From the NCBI GenBank assembly GCA_000934665.2, contig JYFJ02000514.1, positions 124,001 through 171,947 on the forward strand: a stretch of 47,947 nt of DNA, given 5' to 3'. A program made the translations under genes and the position numbers. The DNA comes from Catajapyx aquilonaris (taxonomy: Eukaryota). Shown here piece by piece: positions 14,201 through 26,800 of the stretch. The notes under the pieces were generated by a model. It was not told the origin of the DNA. It searched no databases and saw only the letters and a program-made list of their open reading frames with translations. The first letter of the stretch is position 1. Every line of letters starts with the position of its first letter.

Positions 14201-17200
14201 CAGGCATCCGGTGGAGACGTCCGGAGCAAGGTGCGAGGCTCCAAAGAGGATGCAGAGGAGGAGGATCTCCTCCATGAAGGATGACAAGTTCAAGTGTGAG
14301 TGTCCCTCAGCCAGGATATACATTGCCTGGCCATGTCTAACCGAGACATCATCTTTACCCCACAGGTGCAGAGGAATTCCGGACCAAGCTTGCTGGCGAG
14401 TGCATGATTGACAGCGCGTGCCCTTCCCAATGCCAGTGCGATGGAACTGTCGTGGATTGCTCCGGAAGAGCGCTGCAGGACTTGCCAAAGGACGTGCCCA
14501 TGTACACCACAGAACTGTAAGTCCCTCTTCGAAAGAACACTAGGCAGCGTCTAACGTACCTGTTTGGATCAGGCTGCTGAGCGACAATGAGATCAGTCGC
14601 ATCCGTGCCGAAGGATTCTTCGGGAGGCTGCCGAACCTGAAGAAAGTGGACCTCAGACGGAACCGCATTGCCAGCATTGAAGAGAATGCGTTTGAAGGTG
14701 CCGTCAGGCTGTCTGAACTGTGAGTGTTCCGCCGCAGTAGTGTCGCGGTTACTGTTCTAATTCCTGGATGCTTCCAGTCTCATTGGTGAGAACAAGCTTC
14801 GTGAGATCCACAACAAGATGTTCCTCGGCCTGTACAATCTGCGCACCCTCTCCCTGTACGACAACCAGATCACTTGCGTGGTGCCAGGATCGTTCGACCA
14901 CCTCACTTCCTTACACACACTGTGAGCATTCACGATATATTCAGCGCAAAGTACTTTGGAGTTAATGGCATGACTTATTTCCATCATCAGCAACCTGCTG
15001 TCAAATGAATTCAACTGCAACTGCCACCTGGCATGGTTTGCGGAGTGGCTGCGGAAGCGGGACTTGACCACGGGCAACCCCCGCTGCCACCAGCCCCTTC
15101 GCCTGAAGGAGGTGGCCATCCAGGACATCCCCGGCCACGACTTCCGATGCACCAGCGACAACGACCAAGGTTGCCTTGGAGAGAACTACTGTCCACCCAA
15201 GTGCACCTGCACTGGGACCGTGGTCAGATGCAGTCGAACCAAGCTCAGGGAGGTGCCCAAGGGGATCCCTCCTGAGACGTCGGAGCTGTACCTCGATGTC
15301 AACGAGATTCAGGTCGTGCATCAGGACCGGCTCAATCACCTGAAGCAGCTTACCAGGCTGTGAGTATGCAGAATTCCAGATAAATATTACATGTACTTAC
15401 TGTTGTTATCTGCGCAGAGACCTGAGCAACAACCAGATAGCGGTGCTGTCGAACCAGACATTTTCCAACCTGTCGAAGCTCTCGACCCTGATCATTAGCT
15501 ACAACAAGCTGCAGTGCATCCAGCCAGAAGCCTTCTCGGGGCTCAAAGCACTCCGAATACTCTCGCTCCACGGAAACGACGTCTCCCTTGTGCCTGAAGG
15601 ATCCTTCCAAGATCTCACGTCCATTACGCATTTGTAAGTTTCAGCCGTTTATTGATGAATTTGAATTAATTCACTTTGTTCTAGAGCCCTAGGTGCGAAC
15701 CCTTTCTATTGTGACTGTCACCTGCGCTGGCTGTCCGAGTGGGTCAAGCGCGACTATGTGGAGCCAGGGATCGCCCGCTGCGCCGACCCGCAGCCGATGA
15801 GGGACAAACTCCTGCTCACTTCACCAGCGACCGCGTTTGAGTGCAAGACCAAAGTCAGCACCGAGATACTGGCCAAGTGTGACGCCTGCTTCACCTTTCC
15901 CTGTGCAAACGGGGCCAGTTGCCTGCCTCGCCCAAACAGGGAATTTCACTGCCAGTGTGCTCCCGGTTTCCACGGCCGCCATTGCGAGGCCATGATCGAC
16001 GCTTGCTACGGAAACCCTTGCGCCAACCAGGGGACGTGTAAGGTGCTGGAGGAGGGACGGTTCAGCTGCCACTGCCCACCAGGCTTCGAAGGCGACCGAT
16101 GCGAGACCAACATCGACGATTGCATTGCTCACAAGTGCGAGAACAACGCAACATGCCTGGACATGATTAGCGAGTACAAGTGCATTTGCCAGCCAGGCTA
16201 CATGGGCGAATACTGCGAGCGCAAGATTCCCTTCTGCACCAAGGAATTCAACCCATGCCGAAATGGCGCATCGTGCGTGACGAATCTGACGCACTACGAA
16301 TGCGAGTGTACCTCTGGCTTCTCTGGTCCAAATTGCTCCGTGAACGCTGATGATTGTGTGAACCATCTCTGTCAGAATGGCGGCACTTGCGTGGACGGGG
16401 TGAACAGCTACACCTGCAAGTGTGCAGCGGACTACATGGGGAAGTACTGCGAGATTGCCCCGCTCGTGGCCATGCTGTACCCGCAGACATCGCCTTGCCA
16501 GCATCACGACTGCAAGAATGGGATCTGCTTCCAGCCGCAGGGTTCCAACGACTACGTGTGCAAGTGTGCGCCTGGGTACACAGGTAGGATTGCTCTCATG
16601 TGGGTTTTTCCATTCATGACCATCAACCGGTTAATTGCAGGGAAGCGCTGCGAGTACCTGAGCAGCGTGAGTTTAACGCACAATACGTCGTACGTGGAGC
16701 TTGAACCCCTGCGGACCAAACCAGACGCCAACGTGACCCTGACCTTCTCGACGGACGAGGAGTTCGGAGTGTTGCTGTACTGCGGAGAGAGCCAGCACTT
16801 GGCTGTCGAGCTGTTCAAAGGCCGCATCCGGGTCAGCTACGATGTTGGAAACTACCCCGTCTCAACAATGTTCAGCTACGAGATGGTCTCGGATGGACAG
16901 GCACACACCGTCGAGCTCTTGGCCGTCAAGAAGAACTTCACGCTGAGAGTTGACCAAGGGATGGCCAGGTCAGTGTCGCCGTCATGCACTATGCGACAGT
17001 GCTGCGTCACTTGACCGCTTGTTTCTAAAATCCAGGTCGATTATCAACGAGGGCGACCGCGAGTTCCTCCGCTTGGCAACCCCTCTGTTCGTGGGTGGCG
17101 TGCCGCAAGACACGGGCGTGTCGGCGTTCAAGCAGTGGCACCTCCGCAACCTGACCTCCTTCAACGGCTGCCTGCGGGAGGCAATAGTCAACCACAAGCC

Positions 17201-17788
17201 GGTTGACTTCCTAAACGCACGTCGCCAGCACCTGGTCACCCCTGGATGTGCCCATGATGAGGTCGAGGCTCCCCAGGACGTGGCCACGTTGCAAGAGGTG
17301 GCCGCTGTTGCAGTGGAGGCGGACGAGAAGGCCGTGGCGGCGACCCTTCCCCTGTCGATGGCCGCGGCTGCTGTTGGCGGGACCGACGCTTGCAAGCAGC
17401 ACCGATGCAAACGAGGCAAGTGCTTCCCCAGGCGGGACAACCGCGACTACGCCTGCAAGTGCCAGCCTGGATGGAGCGGGAAGTACTGCGACCAAGGTGA
17501 GTCCAAGAGATACAAAACCCCGAAGCATCTCGTCTCTTCACACGCACGCACGTTGTTGCAGCCCCAACGTGCCGCAAGGAGCAGTACCGGGACTACTACA
17601 AGGAGAACGGTTGCCGCAGTCGCAAGCCAATCAAGATAGCCACCTGCACCGGTGCTTGCGGAGACAACTGCTGCAAGCCCAGGAAGACCAAGCGGCGGAA
17701 AGTCAGGCTCATTTGCAACGACGGCACCCGCTACATCAAGGAGATCGAGATCATACGCAAGTGCAGCTGCACCAAGAAGTGCTACTGA
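2263..17788 (+). CDS. slit: Slit axon-guidance ligand, 5'-partial (about 1200 aa in window: LRR domains D2-D4, EGF1-6, laminin G, EGF7, cystine knot)
   Basis: 16 phase-consistent GT-AG exons: 2263-2404, 4467-4538, 5407-5478, 7190-7261, 7935-8006, 9939-10010, 14138-14295, 14366-14516, 14573-14719, 14778-14921, 14991-15359, 15418-15633, 15685-16583, 16641-16968, 17036-17496, 17562-17788 (TGA). Translations include [62 protein letters not shown], the cleavage-site motif LYPQTSPC (PQTSPC at 16481-16498) and the insect-like C-terminus KCSCTKKCY. Seven EGF repeats, as in invertebrate Slit. Confidence 0.97.
10213..10530. repeat. Two diverged ~88-bp direct repeats rich in GATTGG; probable transposon relic
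   Basis: 10213-10302 (ttaaaatccttcgttg...ttctgattggtcc...tgttaccgcgacgcttccgattgg) matches 10444-10530 (ttaaaatccttgcgttg...ttctgattggtcc...tgttaccgcgacacttccgattgg). Confidence 0.7.
12763..12889. mobile_element. 127-bp CACTA/EnSpm-like miniature element
   Basis: Ends CACTAGAAAAA / TTTTTCTAGCG, flanked by AT on both sides. Its internal cctccaccac..ca....gcaggcctag sequence recurs at about 10586-10662, indicating a dispersed family. Confidence 0.5.
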
Positions 17789-18286
17789 AGTCACCTCTGT
17801 TGAAACAACGCGATTAAAAGGAAAGATAATTAGCAGGGTGCCAAAAAACAAAAGGTTGATCAGTCTTTATAATATAGTAAATGTGGATATCTGGCAAGGA
17901 GCAACCAAAATAATCATTACGAGAAACAGACTCTTAGGCACACCTTTTCTTTTTTCAATTATTCATGCCAGGTGCTTCTTTCACGCCATTTGTTATTAAA
18001 TTTTTTATCATTTCATTACAATAATGATTTGGCCCCATCCTTTGGCATTTCTCGCTTCTTTGAAATGAAACGTTTTGCTGGGTGTGAGCAAATGTGCTGT
18101 AGGCGGTGTTTACTACTTTTTAAACGGAAGAGAGAGAAAAGAAAGCGAGGAAAAGAAAAGTCACTCCTACAATTTTACAGTTGGCTAAGATGTTTCCCTG
18201 TATGTATTTATATAATGCAAATTTATCTCCATTTTAGAGAAGAGGGAGGGGTAAAATAATAATTCATATCTTAGAGTATTGTATGA

Positions 18287-18584
18287 CAGTCCATGTGGCA
18301 CATCCGATTCTGCTAATTGCGACTGGGATATGCTATCTGACGCAGCTAATAATTAAAGCAAAATAATTAACAATCTGAAGCGGCAAACGTCACGTTTCAT
18401 GCAAAGTACCGAAATGGCAATTTTCTTCTGAAAATGTAACGCTGATCGTCGTAAAAGTCATCCTTTGCGGACTTGCGCATTGAATTATTCGAGGCCACTT
18501 TTAAGCATTTGTTTCAGTCGCAGCTAAGGTCGCATATTCCGATCAAAATTTTCAGGGATTTTTATTGATGTACCACACGCACTG
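18287..18584. mobile_element. About 300-bp MITE with CAGT termini downstream of the slit stop
   Basis: Left CAGTCCATGTGGCACATC vs reverse complement of right end CAGTGCGTGTGGTACATC (15/18). Flanks are GA and TA, possibly a decayed TA duplication. Confidence 0.5.
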
Positions 18585-20891
18585 TAATGGCTTAAAAAAA
18601 GAGGTCCTCACTATTATTGTCACACACGAGAGATTAGGTTGGGAATTCTTGTAGATAGCCCCCCTTCGGATTTAAAAAAAAAAGATGATTTGTACTGTAA
18701 CAAGACAACGAGTGTTAGGTTTTAAGTGTTCGTTGGTTCCCACCCCCATCCTAAGCTCTTTTCATATTTTTCCTACCCCCTCCTTTTTTTTTGATGTGCA
18801 TATGTAAATGTGGTCTTTGTTTTTATGTTGGACTTTTTTTTCCCAATTTATTTTGGCATTGGGAGGTGAGCCGAAACTCTTTTTCAAAAAATAAAGTACA
18901 AAGCGAGGCAGGTGAAGTGGTGTTTGGTGTGGACACAATAAGACCAAACAAATGACAAGACACACGAAAGAGCGGAGAAAAGGTGCATACACACAGTGCA
19001 TTGTTGTTGCCTGTGCCAACCCACGTACGAGGAAACCATCGTCACCCACCACCAGGATAAAAAAATGAGCCTCTCTGCCAAGTCAGAATACTCTTTATTT
19101 CATCTCATTGCCAGCCCCTCACGACAAATTCCAGTTCAGTTCATTTCTGTGTGTGTGTCACTTTATAAAAGTTGTCCCATTAAAAAAAAGAGAGAAGTGA
19201 AAACCTTGAGTCGTCGTCATGTGACTTCAGGATCACCTGACCCAGCCTTTTTTTCCAGCCTAGGTGAGCTCCAATCAAAATGGGCATCACCGACCCGGTC
19301 TTGTGTCTCCAGCAGCTCGAACACAATCAGCTTAAAGTATACAGTCCAGGTTGGCCCTTTCACTTATTGTAGTTTTTGGAGAAGGCGTAAGATGGATGAA
19401 GTGCGGTCCCTTCAGAGAGGGAAACTGGTCAAATTGGGTGCAGCATATATCGCATAAAAACGCAGACAATCACGCAGCGCAGGTAACTTTGTACGATACG
19501 AGTCGATTGTACCAACCTGATGGAATATTTTCCTGAATCACTTGACGGAACCCAAGCAGTTTCGAATGTTCCTCTTCACCTTAACCTTTTCCCAACTGGC
19601 GCGCTTGATCCAACTCACACCAGACCAAACAAATAAAATGCGCTGGTTGCTTTCTATGGGTGTCATATATTATTCAAGGCTCAGGAAATAAAAGAGATGA
19701 ACAACCTGCGAGGTCGTTTACACTGTTAGAGGCGGGGCATTGTTACACAAAATTATGTAGATCTCATAGGTCTAAAATTCAAAGTTGAGAGAATTAATTT
19801 ATTGCCACGTGCTATCGGTCTTGATTAGTTTTGGCCACGTCATCCTGGTCTTGAAGCAACCCTTTGCACAAGACCCCACGTTAAGGAGGTGTGTGTGAAG
19901 GGTTGCCTCATGACCAGGTGGCCGAAAGTATTTGAACACGATAGCACATACACACACCGAAAAGGTAATGACAAAACCTGTTGTCATAATGAATGTTGTA
20001 GTGCCCCACGATGAGGCGTAAGAGACACCACGATAAGTGTACACGCCAGGGAAGGTATAACAACCAGAATCATGGCACTTGCGTTCAGGACGCAGACAAC
20101 AACACTTCCCGTCTCACAGGACGGCAGGAGCAGAACTAAAGGCAACGGATTCCTTAGAGTGAACTGCTGGGCCCATGGCCCCGCCCCCAAACAAACCTCT
20201 ATATTATTGTCTCTATTGTATTATATGTATTTCGCCTGGCAACCTTACTGTGACCCACGGTTACAGCGGCCCCATTGGTTCGCCCGGGGGGGCGTGTCTG
20301 TTCACTCTAAGAAGTCCGTAGCCTTTAACAACACTAACTTGACAACAACATCTCGGATACCGATACAGTCATGAATCAATAACCCAGTGCCCAGGCAACC
20401 ATCAGCAGCCAGTTGCCTGGACAAGCACAATAATATATTGAAGTAATTGTTGCATGTTTTGATGTTTCCACATACGATGCAACAATAACCTATCAATTAA
20501 TAGCCCTGCTTTTGTGCCTGCCCCAGCACAGAAGACTATAATAACATACCAAGAATCATCTACGATTGTAACATACCATCATAGTATGTAATGTGGGATC
20601 ATGCTAGAGAGTTATCAGGGCACAAGCCGCGACGGGGTCATATAAAAAGTCTGTAATATTATTGCCTAATCATTGATTTCTACCAACAGACACTGAAATG
20701 GCACTCGCATTGGCATCGAATTGAACTAATTACATTCCCATTACTTCAAAATAAACTATACCCCACTATAATATGCCTAAACCCGATAATTATAACAATG
20801 AATGGTGCATCAGGGAAGAAGGGTGCTTGGTGGGTGTGGAAGGGTGGCACATCATGTGCAAAGAAGAGTCGTTCCTTTCGGTCTTTTTTTT

Positions 20892-23800
20892 CTATCTGGG
20901 TCTGATCTTCATGGCTGCTCTTCTGAGAGAGTACCATCCCTTCCAGTGGTACCAGATGACACCTTGACCGTCTTGGCCGTGCTCTCCCTTGAGATAAACT
21001 CCGTTCAGATTGGACTGGAGGCATGAACTGTACCACCAGCCACCCTTGTGCCTCTCTGCGCAGTTCCATCCACCAGAACGATCGTTGTCCCTGTCTCTTG
21101 TGGAGAAGGCCTGCCCATTGTGCCAGTCCAGAGATTCCCCCAGGTCTCCTCCTCCCGGTCCCCCATCCTTCCTCTGGTACCCTCCCACAGTCAGCCTGTA
21201 CTTCTCCCCTTCCCCTCCGACCCTAAAAGTGTGGTACGAGGCGACCCTCTCCTCCCCCTCCCAATCCTCCAGCTCCACCCGGAGGACCATCGGAGTAGTG
21301 GAAGTGGTGGTCAGGCCGTGGATGGCCTCCAGACCTGTGAAAGGGACATAATTACACTCGGAATGTCACTGGAATAATTAACATTATTAATTGTTATCGT
21401 TTGAAATGAGCTTCTAACCAGCGGTGGACCAAAGCGCGATTTCCATGGAGCAGTAGTGACAGACGCTATTTGTCCCTCATGAAAAGTGCGACTTTACAAG
21501 TGACCAGCGATTTTTTAAAGCGCGACGTGATTTGTATCCAATCGCGGCTTTTGAACTGCTTCCGAAGAAGATGCTTTTGCTTAATACCAATTTAGAACGT
21601 TCCGAAACCTAGTGGAAAATAATAAAGCATGCAGACTTGTGGGTCTACATACATGCTACACCAAAATAATAATCTTTGACCTACGCCCTCCGGAAGTGGC
21701 TAAAAATGACCGATACTTTTTAATGAGGTAGGCTACATGGTGGTGGTGGCATGGTATAGGCCACAAGAATTATTGCATTTCAGTAAATACAATGGTGCTG
21801 TAATTACTCTGACGCGAAGAATGTGTCTCCTACACATACCACAATCATACTTGAGTCTGCAAAGGTTAATATTTCCCCATGTTCAGGCCAAAGGAACGAT
21901 GCAGTGCTATGGAATGACCCAGGATTGTGCAAGTGACCGTACCGGATTTTGCTATGTATAACTTCCCGGATTTCACTACTTTCCGATACTGCATTACACT
22001 TATACCGCATTTGATGTACCCATCTCTTTGGTTTCGAGGCCGTTTACTTTGTTCTACATCTTGTGCAACTTGCCATTTCCCATCGGCCATTGCGGTTTTC
22101 TTGCCAACCTCTGTACGCAGTCATGTGACTTTTCCATCTGCATACTCCCATCATGCACCTGGCTCACTATATCAAGGAGTGAGCCGTTTCGCTCGAGGCC
22201 TTTTCCCGGGAGAATATCCCGGGGACTGGTCAGGCCACTTGTTTGGTTGACATCTCCCATCCCCTGACCTTTTCCCCTCACACACTCACCTTGACGAAGA
22301 ATAAACTGTACTTGATTGTCTACCCACTGGCTTTTATGTTCATCCAACCGGTGACATGCGCATTAAAAGTAATCCGAATGAAATAAGAGCAAAAACATTC
22401 CCTTCAGTGAAAAAAAAAAAGAGAAGTAAGACCTCCGCGGCGGAATGAAAGTACAGAAACAAGGCAGGCGCACTTGTAAGACCTTCACCAATTGATTTAA
22501 GCTGTACCATATAGGTCTTATACTCAAGCAATTACCAATTCGCTGCTCATGAAGTCTCCTTACCGAAAACAATTTGTAGAATTTTCGTCGTAATTACTAG
22601 TTACTTATTCTAACTGAGCAGTACCAGCGTAGTGCAATGGTATAGTGCTACTGCAAGTTAGCAGTAACTGTAGTTGCTAGTAGTACGACGAAAATTCCAC
22701 CCATTAATATTTTCCATGAGCCAGTCGATATTAGTGTTTTCTGGAATTAGGAACTTCAATATTAAGCACATTGAATTTCTATGCGATTGATTGGTGCGAA
22801 TTATTGCCATGAAACATTCACACAGAATCGTCACCTCTTTTATAGAGGCTGCTGATTTTAACCCTAATGTATAATTTTTCACATGTAAACGTAAATTGGT
22901 GAATTTTGGAGGGTCCTTTTCCATTGGATTCTGCATTTTCAGGAGCGAAAATGTCCGCCTTGGGTTCAGTTTTTTAAATTAATTTTTTCAAAATAAAACC
23001 CTGCCTGCTGCTCTGAGTAGTTTGCAGCAGTAATTTTTACGGGGCGTTCCATACAGTACTTGAGAATTTATTGCTTGAGTAAGACCTGTGGTACAGCTTA
23101 AATCAATTGGTGAAGGTCTTACGTGCGCCTGCCTTGTTTCAGTACTTTCATTCCACCGCGGAGGTCTTACTTCTCTTTTTTTCACTCAAGGGAATGTTTT
23201 TGCTCTTATTTCAGCTCTTTCTTTAAACCCCTTATTCGCAATACCAGCTATACCGCCATCGCCTAGGTTGTCGCTTGCAATAAATTACTCTCAAGATAAG
23301 GACAAGATATTTTACAAATAATAACAGCTACAGTAATACATGTAGGATCATATCATACTGACATGTTTATGCTCAACACTACAGTCTGCACTATGAATGC
23401 ATTGGAGACGATTTTCGTCGCTTAGAAGTCCCTAAAATTATTTTCACAGAGATATAGTCGTAAATAAACGAAAGTCGAGTGCGACTGGTTAACGCAACGG
23501 TAAGTCTGATTTAATTATTAAATAGCCTATACGTTAAAATATGCGGAATATGCCTACATTGAGAACCACGCCAGACGAATTTGCTGAAAACGTGGCACTT
23601 TGCAAGAATTCAATCGATATACTTATCTCTGCAGCTTGCCTTCGTCACATCTGCAAACTCCCAAACCTATTTAATTTTCGCGAAATGAGATATCCAATTC
23701 GTCTGGCATGTTTCTCAAGGTAGATATTCCACATACTGTAAGATAATTTCATAATTAAATCAGCTTAAGAGTCGGCCGGTAATAGCCTACAGGGTGGGGT

Positions 23801-26800
23801 TAAAGCGACGCAGCATGGCGTGAGTAACGAACGATTATATTTATGCAAAAATTACACTGCACAGAGAAAGATATGCCATTTATGGATCGATGAAAGTCAC
23901 TTCTTGAAAACAACACTAGAGAGATGTCCACCTTTGCACTGTTTGCAGGCAACACAGAGTCCTCCAAGCTCCGCACGAAACCCTTCATATAACGAGCTCC
24001 AGCATGTCCAGGGGAATGTTTCTCACGGCGTGTCTCATCTGATCCTTAAGATCAGCCAATGACTGAGGACCCTGGGTGCGCCACTACTGGTTGTACACTA
24101 TAGAAATGCTACGGAGGACCTCCTATAATAAGGAGATTGGCATCGCCTTGCGTTCGGGTGTGTATGGAGGTAGTCCAAGATAAATATTCAAGATTTTTTT
24201 GCGAATAATGCTACATTTCTATGAACTAAGGCATGTTTTAATTTAAACCTATGTTTCTAGATAGAGTGGGAACAAAAATATAGCCGATTCCTTGGGGGGA
24301 TTACCGACTATGAATTTTTAAAATATTGGTCCCTCTGTTTGACTGGAAATAACTCCCAGGCAAATGATACGGATAGAGAAAATTATACATAGTTCGAAAT
24401 GGTGTTTAAATCTACGTAGGACATATGTGAGTTGTTTTCCTATCGTCAGTGCGTAACTTTTTATCGCAAGAAGAAGGAGGAAAAGTGGAATTTTGTGACT
24501 ATATAGTTTCCGACGTTACGCTGAAAATGGATTTTTTCTGACACTTTCAGGAGGTTAAAAATGCCCCTGTGAACCCTGGATGGTGCAGACATTTTATAGA
24601 GGGGGGGGGGGATGCCTCCATGAGACCATGACTTGGGGGGGGNNNNGGGGGGCACTGTTGGACGAGGTGTGGCCTATCCTTGTGAAATGGTAAAATGGAA
24701 CCGATGTCTTTAGACAAAATCAGTTGCATCACGACGAAATGGTGTATTACTGATAAGTATGTCGTGTAATATAATACTGTATGTAAGATCGATAGGCCTG
24801 CCAATCCACTCGCCTGCTGTGATGGTGACAACAAGTGATAAGAGTGCAACTCACCCAGCCAGAACTCCCCTTCCAGATCACCAAACCCTCTCTTGTAATC
24901 CGCCCATCCTCGATTGAAGTTCACGTGAGGCTCGATCTCGTCCCTTCTTTGTATGACCGTCCACCCTCCTCCATCCGTGGTCATGTCGCAGTACACCTGA
25001 GGACGAGACAACACTAGTTACTGACTTAAATCCTATTAATTCCACATGATGAAGCCCACTACCATTCAGAGCGAATGCGACCTTTTTCTCACCTCGACAA
25101 TTTTTCCAGCGATGGTCACGGTGTACACGCCAGAAGAGCAGTGCCCTCGTTTCTGGAGGTCATAGCAATTAGATGGAGGAAGTGCGGAACGCGTCGGGTC
25201 TGAAAGAAATAGTCTGAATCAGTCTTCATTCATTTCGTCGTCGCAAAACCGGTCTGTTTTTCTAAACTCTGCCAACATCTTTTTCCACTGTTTTAAAAGC
25301 ATCCCTTACAAGTATTTGGCTCGGTTATATAGGCCACAGTTCCATTATCGCCCTGCCTATAATTACTTCCTGTATACCTCACCATGGTCAGCCTTTTGCT
25401 ATTGGTAAAACTAGAAATATTCCTGAAGCATATACCCATGGGAAAGGCAGCACTCACGTTCTTCTGTGATTGTGACAGGTCCAACAGTGTCTTGTTCCAG
25501 TTCCCCTTCGTCCGAAAACAACTGGACAGTCACATTGTACTGCTTGCATGGAGTGAGGGGTTTAGTTGTGGAGTAACGGCATCTGCCGCTACTTGTGTTG
25601 CAAGCAGTAGTAATATCTCCATCCTCCTGAAGTGATTCGTCGTCACCTGTGAAAGTCGTTCTGAGACCGTTGGCCCTCTTCAGAGCGCACTTTGCACTAT
25701 CAAACTGAATCTCAATCGCCTTGGAGCCGATGGACCAGGCAGTCAAGTTCACGATGGCCTCTGAAAATTCGCTTACCATTAATGCAACAATGTTCGATAA
25801 TAACAATAATGTAATTATATCTCACCATTGTCTGCGTATGTGGCCGAAGCAGGCAGGTAAACTGAGACCTCATGTCCGTAACTCCTGGAGTCATTGTAAG
25901 CTATGCTGACGCTGAGGGTGTAATCAAAGCACTTATCCAGCGGGTGACAGAAATCAACACTGCAGGAAGTGTCATCGCACGCGTCGATGTTACTTGTGTA
26001 GGAAGTTAGCTTGCTCGTGTTTGAAGCCTTTGGAGTTGCAGACAGCATGTATTTTGACACATAAACCTGGTTGCTTAAAGGCGGAATCCAGTTGAAGATG
26101 ACACTTCTTCTCTCCTCGTCATCCGCATCCTCGTCGTCACTTGATATGTGCAGGTTGCTGACTGTGCATGCACGAGAATAAAAAAATATTAAGGAAAAGT
26201 TCATCTCGCCCACTTCCCTTTGCCTGTTTGTGTGTCTGCGCACTTCCGGAGTGTCCCCATCCCTGGACAGCGTCCCACCCATCCCCGGTGACATTTTCGA
26301 ACGTGACTATTGCTTCTCTGAAGTGAACCAGTGAGACACAATTCCATAACAGCTTTTCTTCAAAAGGTGTAAGTGTAACTTACTATTCTTTATCAGGGCA
26401 AATAATTATAAGCACAAATAAAGTCCTATTAATATTTTCAACCAACAACGCACAGAATACGGAAGCAAACGATCTGTTTTCTTACCAGATTGGGTTGGGC
26501 AGACAGTTGCGTTGTTCACCATATCCGCCACCGATGAGGTGATTGTGTCCACTGCATGGCTGGAATGGATTGCACGTATTTTGAAGAAATAATATTAGGC
26601 CCACATGGGTCAACATTCAGTCAAACCACTTTCTTAATCATCACTGGCTGTTTTACCGAACACACAGTCATACCTTCATAATCTAACATTCTAACATGTT
26701 GAGAATAGATGACTGTGATGACATCAGAATTATTTTACCCCTGACTACATTGGTGGCAATAAAAGCAGTTTGGTTGACACGTGGTTGCTCACTTACCTCA

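Noticed and set aside
15821..17851. Long minus-strand and alternative-frame ORFs (228, 152, 189, 134 aa)
   Set aside because: Shadows of the GC-rich slit coding exons, with no independent protein features.
26162..26320. Extra exon in the FReD gene suggested by the N-terminal part of ORF 25815..26294
   Set aside because: Exon 26559-26486 joins 26161 directly in phase, and no convincing donor/acceptor pair was found here.
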